Below are positions 18,751 through 31,100 of a stretch of DNA of 64,000 nt, in pieces; position 1 is the first letter of the stretch; each line of letters begins with the position of its first letter. Source of the DNA: the human T2T-CHM13v2.0 reference genome, Homo sapiens; assembly GCF_009914755.1 (NCBI RefSeq), contig NC_060933.1; one strand, written 5' to 3'. The translations under genes and the position numbers were made by a program. Below the pieces are notes generated by a model, which worked only from the letters and a program-made list of their open reading frames with translations, ran no database searches and had not been told where the DNA came from.

Positions 18751-20055
18751 ATTGCTTTAGCTAGGATTTCTGGTACTATGTTAAACAACAGTGGTGACAG
18801 GGGGCATCCTTATCATGTTCCAGATCTTAGAGGAAAAGCTTTCCATTTTTCCCCATTCCATATGATTCTAGCTGTGGGTGTCTTTCCTGTAGTTTTTATT
18901 ATGTTGCGGTATGTTTCTTCTGTGCCTGTTTCTTTGAGGATTTATAGCATGAAGGGATGTTGAATTTCATATGCTTTTTTGGTTTCAGTTGACATGATCA
19001 TACAGTTTTTGTCGTTTATTTGGTTGATATGATGTATCACATTGTATGTTGAGTGACTCTTGCATTCCAGGGATACATCCCAGTTGATCATGATGAATTA
19101 TCTTTTTAATGTATTACTGAATTTGATTCACTGGTATTCTGTTGAGGATTTTTGCATCAATATTAGAGATCCTGTCCTGTAGTTTTCTTCTTTGATGCTT
19201 TTATCTGATTTTCGTATCACAGTAATAATGGTCTCATAGAATAAGTTTGGAAGTATTCCCTCCTGTTTTTCAAAATAATTTGAGCAGGATTTGTACTAGG
19301 TCTTTAAATTGTTTGGTGTGAAGCCATCAGCAGTGAAGACATCATCAGTTCCTGGGCTTTTCTTTACTGGGAGACTTTTTCTGATGGCTTCAATCTCATT
19401 ACTTGTTACCAATCTGTTCTGGTCTTGGATGTTTTCATTGTTTAACCTAAGTAGGTTGTATGCATCTAGGAATTTGCCAATTTCTACTAGGCTTTCCAAT
19501 TTATTGGCATATAATAGCCAGTTATGATCCTTTGAATTTCTGAAGTATTAGTTGTAATGTCTCCTTTTTTTAATCTGTTGATTTTATTTATTTGAATCTT
19601 GTCTCTTTTCTTAGGCTGGTTAAAAGTTTGTCCATTTTGTTTAGCTTTCCAGAAAACCAACTTTTCGTTTAATCTTGTGTGTTTTTTATTTCAATTTTGT
19701 TTCTGCTACGATCTTATTTATTTTCTTATTTTCGGTTTAGTTTGTTCTTACTTTACTAGTTCTTTAAGATGTATTGTTTATTTGAAGTTTTTCTTTTGTT
19801 TGGATGGTAGGCACTTATAGCTGTAAATCTCTGCCTTTGTACTGCTTTCTGCGTAACAAGTTTTGGTATACTGTGTTTTCATTACCCTTTGTTTCATGAA
19901 ATTTTTGAATTTCTGTCTTAGTATCTTCATTGACCTTTATTTATTCAGGTCATTTATTCAGGAGGGTAGTGTTTAACTTCCATGTGATTGTATTGTTTCC
20001 AAAATTACTTTTCTTATTGATACCTAGTTTTATTTCTTTGTAGTGAAAGAAGATT
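18751..20055 (-). mobile_element. Old L1 ORF2 fragment
   Basis: Antisense ORF2 text (FLDAYNLLRLN...EIEAIRKSLPVKKSPGTD). Confidence 0.9.
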
Positions 20056-21330
20056 GCCACGGAGACAGACAGCAGCATGGTCAGTGTGGTAGGAGCCGGC
20101 CATCAGCGAGAGCTGCTCCATGCCTGGCTGCTGGGAGCTAGAGCCTGCGGCCCACTGGCTTGCCTCACTGTAGTTGGTGGTGGCAGTGACAGAGACTGCA
20201 GCATGACCAGAGTGGTAGGACAGGGGCTATCCAGGGCTGCACCTTTCGCAGTGTGGGGTGGGTTGGGGGCGCTATCCAGGGTGTCATTGCCTGCATTAGG
20301 GGTACTGGTTGGTAGCACTGCACAGGACTGCACTGCCCACAGCAGGGAGGGTGGGTTATGGGTGCTTTCTGGGGCTGCAATGCCCATGGAGGAGGACAGG
20401 TTAGGGCATATCGGGTATATGCTACTGGCGGCATTGGGGGACGGAGGTGGGGGGCGCTATTGAGGGCAGGACTAGCCGTGGAGCAGGGGCGAGTTCGGTG
20501 CTATCAGGGGCTGCACTGCTGGCGGCAGTCAACAGAGTTGGCATCCAAGGAAGGAGTGGTTCTCCTCTCCCTGACTCCACACTCCAGAGGGCGAACCACT
20601 CTTGGTCATACTGGAGTGCGGCAGGGCACGCAGCGTTTGCATGGGAATCCTGAGCATGGCAGAGCCCCCACACCCACCGTGGTTCCTGGGCCTGTGCACT
20701 CTGGGTCTGTGCCTCAGAGGCTGCCAGGCACCCCTGGGGACACCACGGGGAACAGGGCCCTGTGTGTGGAGGCATCCGGAACAGGAATTAGCACCTGGGT
20801 GCGGAGGGCTGGCTGGGTCTGAATTTTTCTGCTTCTCCTGTTCCCCGAGGAGTGCAGCCCCGGTGGGCCCAGTGGTTCCTGTGGAGTGGGGAGCTGGGTG
20901 CTGTGGTGTCTCCAGCACCCACCCCAGACCCCAGTTCCCGGCCAGCTTGGGCCAAAAGGAGAGGCTGGACTTTGGAGGGTGGGTGTGAGTGCCTTTGCTG
21001 AAACTGGCCCCTGCCACCCAGTGGCCGGCATGACAACTTGAGGCTCTAACGCTTCCACTCTTCACAACTTCCTCTAGGCTTTTCTGGCTTTGCCCGCCCA
21101 GCTGCTCCATGCCAGGAGGAGGAGGAGACACCTAGAGCCTGCAACACCACGGCTCACCTCGCTGCAGGTGGGTGGCAGTGACGGAGACTGCAGTGCGCCA
21201 GAGCGGTAGGAGAGTGGCCACGCTAGGAGGGCGGGCGGCTGCAGGCAGGGTTGGGAGTCAGGCTTACAGCGATGGACGGGCTGCAGCAGTGGCCAGGTGG
21301 TAGGAGCCTTGTAGGGAGGGCTGGTGCATT
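20056..21330. repeat. REP522-like repeat, part 2
   Basis: Same motifs as part 1. GTGGCAGTGAC(A/G)GAGACTGCAG recurs near 20179 and 21172 and resembles 18267. Confidence 0.6.
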
Positions 21331-24300
21331 GGCAATGGGCCTGGCTTTGCCCTGTGCCTGCCGTGGATCTGGCCCTGTACTGCCCTGCCTTGCCCTGTAC
21401 CTGCCCTACTGTTACCTGGACTCTCAGCCCTGTCCTGCTCTGGTCCCATCCTGACCCTGTCTTGGCCCCGTGCTACCCTGTCCCTGCCCTGGTCTTGCCC
21501 TGGCACTGGCCCTGCCCTGAACCTGCACTGGCCTGACCTTGGCTCTGGCCCTGGCTCTGGCCCTGCCCCTTGTCCTGACCCTGGTCCTGTCATGGCACTG
21601 GCCCTGCCAGTGGTCATGGTCCTGCTCCTGTTCTGGCCCTGACCTGGCCTTGGAAATGTCCTGGCTCTGCTTTGGCCCATCCCTGCCCTGGCCCCACCAT
21701 GGGCCTTCCTGTTCTGCCCTCTCCTGGCACTGACCTGGCCCTGTCATGGCCCAGTGGTGCCATTGCCCTGCCTTACCCTGCGCTGGTTGTGCCTTGGCCC
21801 CGCTTGGTGCTGGCCGCTTCCTGGACCTGCCCTGGACCTGCCCTGACCCTGCCTTGGCTTTTGCCCTGCCCTCACTATGGCCTGGCCCTGGCCCTAGCCC
21901 TGGTCCTGCCATATCCCTGACCCTGCCCTTATCCAGGCCCTGCCCCTGCTGCTGCCCTGGCCCTGGCCTGGAACCTGGTCCTGTCAAGGACCTGCCCTGA
22001 CTCTGCCATGGCCCTGGCCCTGCTCTGCCTTGTTCCTGGCCCTGACCCAGACCCAGACCCTTTCCTGGCTCTGCACTGGTCTTTCCCTGGCCCTGAGCTG
22101 GCAGTGGTCTGCCCCTGGTCTTGCCATCACCCTGCCCTGCTGTGCTCTGGATGTGTCATCACCCTGCCCTGGCTCTACTCTGCCTTTGACCCTGCCCTGG
22201 CCTTGCCTTGGCCCTCACCCTAGTCTTCGCTAGGCCCAGCACAGACCTGGCTCTGACCCTGGCCCTGGTCTTTGTCCTGCCATAGCTTTGGCCCTGAAGT
22301 GGACTTGGAGGTGTCCTGGCCCCGGTGTAACATGGCTCTGCATTGGCCTGTCTCTGCCCTGCCCCTACCATCGCCTTGCCCTGCTCTGCCCTGTCCCAGT
22401 ACTGACCCGGCCACGCTATTTCCCCGCCCTACCCTGCCTTGGCTGTGCCCTGGCTCGGTTCTGGCCCTGGCCCCGGCCCTGCCCTGGACATGCTCTGACA
22501 CTGCCTCAGCCTTGGCACTAGCCTGGCTCATTCTTGGCATCAGCCCTGCTCTCTCTGTGGACCGGCTCTTGTCCTGTCCTGCACTGGCCATACCATGCCC
22601 TGCCCTGCCCTGCCCTGACTCAGCCCTGACTCAGCCTTGGCCTTGGCATTGCCCCTGGTCCTGCCATATTTCTTGCCCTGTCCCTACCCTAGCCTTGGCC
22701 CTGACCCTTACCTTGCTCTGGCCCTGCCCTTGCCCTAATGCAGCCCCTGGCCCTGTCATGACCCTGCCCTGGACCTGTCCTGGCCCTGGCCCTTCCCTGC
22801 TTGAGACCTTGCCCTGGTTCTCCCATGGCCCTGACCCTGAAATGCCTGGCCCTACCCTGGCCTTGCCCTGCTCTGGCCCTTGCCCTGACTCTGGTCCTGT
22901 CACTGACCTAGCCCCAGCCCTGTTGCTGGTCTTACCATGGCCCAGACCCTGCCTTGGCCCTGCCCTGACACTGTCCTGGACCCTGGCTGTGCCAAGAACC
23001 TGCACTGTCCTTTCCCTTGTTTTGCTCCTGCCCCAAACCTGGTCCTGCCCAGGCCGTTTCTATGGCCCTGGCCCTGGCCCTGCCCAGGTCTTGGCACTGG
23101 CCTGGCCCTGCCCTGCCCTGGCCCTATGCTTTCCTGGCCCTGCCTTGGCCCTAGCCTGGCTTTGACCCTGCCCTGGCCCTACCTTGGCCTTCACCCTAGC
23201 CTTACCAGGGCACTGTGTTGGACCTGGCCATAGCACAGACCTGGTTGTGGCCCTGGCCCAGACCCTAGCCCTGCAGGTACCGGTCCTGGCCCAGCTCTGG
23301 GCCTGGCTTTGTCCCTAATTCTTAGATGACCCTGGCCCTGCCCCTGCCCTTGCCCTTGCCCTGGCACTGGCCTTGGACATGTCCGTGGTCCTAACCCTGG
23401 CCCTGCCCTGGAGCTGCCACTGTCTTGGCCCTGCCCTGGCTCTGGCCCTGCCCCGGCCCCAGCCATAGACCTGCCCTGGTTGGTCGTGCCCTACCTTAAC
23501 CCTGTGCTACCCTGGGCCTGCTCCACCCTGCCCTGGCCCTGCCCTCCCTTTGGCCCTGCCCTGACCCCGTCTTGGCCCTCACACTGGCCCTAGCACAGAC
23601 CTGGTCCTATCTGTGGCCTTGGCCTGGCATTGACCCCTGCTCCTGACCCTGGTCCTGCCATGGCCCTGGCCCTGCCAATGACCCTGGCAGCCCTTACCCT
23701 GGCCCTGAACTGGCCCTGCCCTGACCCTGGCCCTGAAGTGGATTTGCAGGTGTCTTGTCCATGGTTTAACCTGGTCTTACCATGGCCCTGTCCCTCCCCT
23801 GGCTCTGTCCTGGTCTTATGCTGACCCTGACCCAGACCTTGGCCCTGCCACAGCCTTGTCCTAGACCTGGCCATGGCCCTGCGTCTGCCCTGGACCGGCA
23901 CTGGCACTGGCATGGACCCTGGCCCTGGCCCTTCACTACTTAAGGCCATACCCTGGCCCAGCCCTGGCCCTAATTTGGCCTGGCTCTACCCTGGCATGCT
24001 ATTCTGGCCCTAGCCCTGACCCTGTCCCTGTCCCTGTCCTGGTCCTAGCCCCGTTGCTGGTCCTGCCATGGCCCTTGTCCTGACATTGCCCTTTCCTGGT
24101 TCTGGCCCTGGCCCTGTCCCAGCCCTGCTCTGGCCCTGGTCTGAACCCTGGCCCTGCAATAGACCTGCCTTGGTCCTGCCCAGACCCTGGCTCTGGCCCT
24201 ACCTCTGCCCTGGCCATACCCTTGCCCTGGCCTGGACCCCGGTCCTGGTCCTTGTCCTGCCCCAGCCGTGGCCCTGGCCCTGCCCTGCCTGTGCCCTGTT

Positions 24301-25010
24301 CTATCCTGGGCTGGCCCTGCCATGGCCTGGTCTTGCCATTGCCCTGCCCTAGCTTGCCCTGCTTGTGCCCTAGATCTGCCCCGCTTGTGCCCTAGATCTG
24401 CCCCGGCCTTTGCCCCATCTTGGTTCTAGCCTTGACTCAGCCCTGGACCTTCCCTGACCTTGCCTCAGCCCTGGCACTACCCTGGCATTGCCTTGGCATT
24501 TGCCCTACTCTCTCTATGGCCTGGCTGTGGTCCTGCCCTGCTCTGCTCTTGTTCTGTCCTGGCACAGCCCTGGCCCTGGCCCTGGCCCTGCCGTATCACT
24601 GGCTCTGGTCCTGCCCTTATGCAGACCTGACCCTGCCACTGCCTTGGCTTTGGCCTGGACCTTGGCCATACAGTGACCCTGCCATGACATTTTCCTGGTC
24701 CTGGCCTGGAACCTGGCCCTGCCAAGGACTCGCCCTGGCTCTGTCATGGCCCTGGCCCGTTCCTGGATTTGGATGTGTCCTGTCCCTTATTTGCCCCGGC
24801 CCTTCCCTGGCTCTGCCATACCCCTTCTCTGGGGTAGGGCCAGGGTCAGGACCAGACCAGGGCAGGGTCAGGACCAGGGTAGGGCCATGTTAAGGCCTGA
24901 AGATGGGAAGGGCCAGGGCAGCGGCTGGACCAGGGAAGGGTCAGGGCCAGGGATGTAGTAGGACTAGGGGCAGAGCCGGCACTAGGGCTGAGCCAGGGCA
25001 GAGCAGGAGA
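21331..25010 (-). repeat. CAGGG-type degenerate G-rich array, block 1 (CCCTG/CCCTGG on plus; last ~180 bp inverted)
   Basis: Hundreds of degenerate CCCTG(G/C/A) units with strong GC skew. Fits the CAGGG repeats known from pericentromeric duplication junctions. Confidence 0.9.
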
Positions 25011-25290
25011 GATTACTTTAGGCTATTACTAAAATTTTTATTTTAGATTTTTAAGATAACTATAGTAGTAGTAATGTCTATACTATGTTGTTTGTAATAG
25101 TAATAATACTTGCAGTAATCACTAAATTTTAACTAATACTATCTTTGCTTCCAGTAGTGTTCTATGAGTATAATTTTATCAACATGTAAATATGTGAGGC
25201 ATTGATTCTCATAATAATTCTATATGCTAGGTACTTAAAGCATCCCCATTTTCCAAATGTAGGAAACAGGCAAAAAGAAGGTAAATACTT

Positions 25291-25418
25291 GGCCAGATTA
25301 CTCCTGTAATCCCAGCACTTTGGGAGGCCAAGGCAGGCAGATGGCTTGAGCTCAGGAGTTTGGAACCAGCCTGGGCAACATTGTGAAACCCCATCTCTAC
25401 TAAAAATGCACAAAAAGA
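25291..25418 (+). mobile_element. Alu left-arm fragment
   Basis: CCTGTAATCCCAGCACTTTGGGAGG through CTCTACTAAAAAT only. Confidence 0.85.
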
Positions 25419-25471
25419 ACTAATTTAAGTTTCTTGTAGGATTCTGGTTATAAAACACTGGTCAAACACAC

Positions 25472-27210
25472 AGGGCATGGATAGGGCAGGGCCAGGGACA
25501 AGGTCAGGCCAGGAAGGGGCCAGGGCCAAGGCAGGGCCAGAGCTGGACTTGGAGGTGTCCTGGTCTGATTTGCCCTGCCCCAACGTTGGCCCAGCCCTGC
25601 TCTGGCACGTCCTGTCATGCCCTGTCCCTGGCCTGAGCATTGGCCCTGGCCCTGTCCTGCTTCTGGCCCTGCCCCGGAGTTGACCAGGCACTGCCATGGC
25701 CCAGTCCTGCATTGCCCTGCCCTCCTCTGCCCTGGTGCTACCATGGCGCTGCTTGGGCCCTAGCTCTGCCTCGACTCTGGACCTGCCCTGACTCTGCTCA
25801 GCCCTGGATCTACCCTGACTCTGCCTTGGTGTTGCCCTCCCATCTCTATGGCCTGGCTCTGGCCATGCCTTGCACAGACCATGCTCTGCCCTGCGTGCCC
25901 CAGCCTGGGCCCAGCCCTCATCCTACCATATTCCTGACCCCAGCCATACCCTTGTTCTCGCCATGACCCTGCCGTGGCCCTCTCCTGGCCCTTCCTTGAT
26001 CCTGCCCTGCCCTTCCATGCCCTGGCCTTGCCCTCACCCTGCATTGGCCCTGCACTGGTCCTGCCCTGCCCTGGCACTGCCTTGGCCCTGGCCCTGCCTT
26101 CTTCCTGGCCTTGCCTTTGCCCTGCCCTGGCCTGACCCCAGGCCTACTGAGTCCATGAAATGGCCCTGGACCTGCCTTGCCATCCTCTGTCCTGGCCCTA
26201 TATTGTCCCCACCATGCTCTGGTCCAGCGCTTGCCCTAGCCCTGTTGCTAGTCCTGCCACTGCTATGGCCCTGCTCTGTTTTTGGCCGTGCCCTGTGCTA
26301 CCCTAGCCCTGCCCTGCCTTGGCCTTGGCCCTACCATGGCCTTCTCCTACCCTGGCCTGGCCCTACCCTGGCCTTTTCTACCCTGGCCTTGCCCTTCCCT
26401 GGTGTTGCCCTGCCCTGGCCTTGCCCTGCCCTGGCCTTGGCTTTGCCTTATCCTGGTCCTGGTTCTGCCCTGACCCTGGCCTTGCTCTGGATCCTCTCTG
26501 GTTCTGCTTTCTCCCTGGCCCTGCCCTTGCTCTGGCCCTGTCCCTGGACCAGCCTTGACCCTGACCCTGACAATCCCCAGGTCTGACACTGGCCATGCTT
26601 GGCCCTGGCCCCTCCTTTTGGCCCTGCCTTAGCCCTGTGCTATCTTAGTCCTGCCCTGGCCCTGAACTCGCCCTGGTCCTACCCTCACCCTACACTGGCC
26701 CTGCCCTATCCTGGCCTTGCCCTGCCCTGGCCCTGCCTTTGGCCTGCTCTGGCTCTGGTTCTGCCCTGGACTTGCCCTTGCCCTGGACCCTCCCTGGCCA
26801 TGTTTTTCCCATGGTCCTTCTCTGGCCTTGCCCTTGCCCTGTCCCCTTTCTGGTCCTGCCATGTTTCTGGCCCTGCCCTGTCCAGGTCCTGGACCTGACT
26901 CTGGCCCTGGACCTCCCTGTCCCTGCCCTGCCATACCCTGGCCCGTTCCTTGCTCTACACTGACCCTGCCCTGCCTTGGCCCTGTGCCACCCTAGCCCTG
27001 CCCTGGCCTTCTGCTGACCCTGATCCTGCCATGGCCCTGGCCCTGCCATGTCCCTGCCCTGGCCCTGGTTCTTCCCTGCTTCTGGACCTGGCCTTGGTCC
27101 TCTCATGTCCCTGGCTGTGACCCTGCCCCTGGTTTTTCTCTGGCCATGACCCTGCCCCAGTTCTGTCCTATCCCTGGCCCTGTCTCAGTTCTGTCCTAGC
27201 CCTGGCCTTT
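25472..27210 (-). repeat. CAGGG-type array, block 2 (first ~70 bp inverted)
   Basis: Same degenerate CCCTG units as block 1. Confidence 0.9.
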
Positions 27211-27598
27211 CACAGTACTTTATGCTTAGTAAGGGCTCCATGGTGTCTGTGAGTTGAATGTTGTGTTCATAGTATCTGCCAAAACAGAAAGAAAAAAGTA
27301 AAATATTTTGATAAGAAGTTAAAGCTTTGTATATAATATGCCTTGAATTGTAAGTGCCTGTTATTAGTTGTATTACATATGGGTCATGGCTTTGTACACG
27401 TAACTCCAAACCATTGATACTGTTAAAAGGATATATGAATATATGAAAGAATGTATAAACGTAAGAATGTATCAGTATCTAATGACCTTTCCAAATTAAT
27501 TTTTATTTTTAGCTCTATTAGATTTTTCTCAGTGTAACAAATGTTTATTCCTATGTAATTAAGGGTGTGTTTCCTGTACAGAATATTCATAATACCTA

Positions 27599-28075
<477 letters not shown>

Positions 28076-28185
28076 AAGTAAAAATATAAATAAAAAGTAA
28101 AAATAACTATAAGTAAATATAAATATAAAAATGCATACATGAAAAGAAACAATTTTTAAATTTAACATCAGTGAGGGCATCCTAT

Positions 28186-31100
28186 CCATTTCATTTCATG
28201 ATTCCATTACATCATTTCACTTAGATGAAATGATGACTTGAGATGAAATGATGAGATGAAATGACGAAATGATGAGATGAGATGATGAGATGAAATTTTG
28301 AGATGAAATGGTGAGTAGAAATGATGAGATGAAATGATGAGACGAAATGACAAAATTGAAAAGAAATTGAAAGGAGAGGAGATGAGATAAAATGAGATGA
28401 AATGAGATGATGGATGAAATGAGATGAAACGAGATGAAATGAAATAATGAAATGATATGAAATAATGAAATTGAAATGAGATGATATGAGATGAAATAAT
28501 GAGATAAAATGATGAGATGAGATGAACGATGAGATGAAATGATGAAATGAAATGAGATGAAAAATGATGAGATGAAAAATGAGATGAAATGAAATAATGA
28601 AATGAGATGAAATGAAATGAAATAATGAAAGGAAATTATGAAATGTAATGATGAAATTGAAATGAGATGAGTTGAAATGATGAGATGTAATGGTGAAATG
28701 AAATGAGGAAATGAGATGAGATGAAATGAGATGAAATAATGAGATGAAATGAGATAATGAGATGAGATGAAATCATGAGATGAAATGATGAAATGAAATG
28801 AAATGATGGATGAAATTATGAGATGAAAGATGAAATGTAATGAGATGAAATGAAATGACATAATGAAATGAAATAATGAAATGAGATGAAATAAAATAAT
28901 GAAATGATGAAATAATGAAATGAAAATGAAATGGAAATGATGAGATGAGAAGAAATGATGAGATGAAATGATGAAATGATGAGATGAGATAAAATGAGAT
29001 GAAATGATGAGATGAGATGAAATATGATGAGATGAAATGCCATAATGAATGAAATGATGAAATGGAATAATGAAATGGAAATGATGAGCTGAGATGCAAT
29101 GAGTTGAAATGAGATGAAATGATGAAATGAGATGAAATGATGAGATGAGATGTGATGAAATGATGACATAAAATGAGATGAAATGAGATGTAATGATGGA
29201 ATGAGATGAGATGAAATGAGATGAAATAGATGAGATAAAATGATATGAAATGAGATGAATGATGAGATGATGAGATGAATGATGAAATGAAATGATGAGA
29301 TGAGATGATGAAATGAAATGGTGAGATGAAATGATGAGATGAAATGAAATAGTGAAATGAAATTGAAATAAAATCGAAATGAGATGAAATGATGAGATGA
29401 TGAAATAAAATGATGAAATGATGAGATGTGATGAGATGAAATGATGAGATGAAATGATGAGATGAGATGACATGAAATAATGAAATGAAATTGAAATGAG
29501 ATAAGATACGAGATGAGATGAAATGATGAAATGATGAGATAAGATGAAAAGGGTTGAGATGATGAGATGAAATGAGATGAAAAGATGAAATGATGAGATG
29601 AAATGAAATGATGAGATGAAATGAGGTGAAATGAAATTAGATGAAATGTAATGAGATGAAATGAAATGACATAATGAAATGAAATAATGAAATGAGATGA
29701 AATAAAATAATGAAATGATGAAATAATGAAATGAAAATGAAATGGAAATGAGATGAGAAGAAATGATGAGATGAAATGATGAGATGAGATAAAATGAGAT
29801 GAAATGATGAGATGAGATGAAATATGATGAGATGAAATGACATAATGAATGAAATGATGAAATGGAATAATGAAATGGAAATGATGAGCTGAGATGCAAT
29901 GAGTTGAAATGAGATGAAATGATGAAATGATGAGATGAAATGAGATGAGATGTGATGAAATGACATGAAATGATGACATAAAATGAGATGAAATGAGATG
30001 TAATGATGGAATGAGATGAGATGAAATGAGATGAAATGATAGATGAGATAAAATGATGATATGAAATGATGAGATGAATGATGAGATGATGAGATGAATG
30101 ATGAAATGAAATGATGAGATGAGATGATGAAATGGTGAGATGAAATGATGAGATGAAATAGTGAAATTGAAATAAAATCGAAATGAGATGAAATGATGAG
30201 ATGATGAAATAAAATGATGAAATGATGAGATGTGATGAGATGAAATGATGACATGAAATGATGAGATGAGATGAGATGACATGAAATAATGAAATGAAAT
30301 TGAAATGAAATAAGATACGAGATGAGATGAAATGATGAGATGAAATGATGAAATGATGAGATAAGATGAAAAGGGTTGAGATGATGAGATGAAATGAGAT
30401 GAAAAGATGAAATGAGATGAAATGAAATGATGAGATGAAATGAGGTGAAATGAAATTAGATGAAATGTAATGAGATGAAATGAAATGACATAATGAAATG
30501 AAATAATGAAATGAGATGAAATAAAATAATGAAATGATGAAATAATGAAATGAAAATGAAATGGAAATGATGAGATGAGAAGAAATGATGAGATGAAATG
30601 ATGAAATGATGAGATGAGATAAAATGAGATGAAATGATGAGATGAGATGAAATATGAGATGAAATGACATAATGAATGAAATGATGAAATGGAATAATGA
30701 AATGGAAATGATGAGCTGAGATGCAATGAGTTGAAATGAGATGAAATGATGAGATGAAATGATGAGATGAGATGTGATGAAATGATGACATGAAATGATG
30801 ACATAAAATGAGATGAAATGAGATGTAATGATGGAATGAGATGAGATGGAATGAGATGAGATGAAATGAGATGAAATGATAGATGAGATAAAATGATATG
30901 AAATGATGAGATGAATGATGAGATGATGAGATGAATGATGAAATGAAATGATGAGATGAGATGATGAAATGAAATGGTGAGATGAAATGATGAGATGAAA
31001 TGAAATAGTGAAATGAAATTGAAATCGAAATGAGAGATGAAATGATGAGATGATGAAATAAAATGATGAAATGATGAGATGTGATGAGATGAAATGATGA

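Noticed and set aside
21251-27106. Dozens of overlapping Pro/Trp/Cys/Leu or Gly/Gln/Arg ORFs
   Set aside because: Translations of the CAGGG repeat on both strands, with no domain or splice structure.
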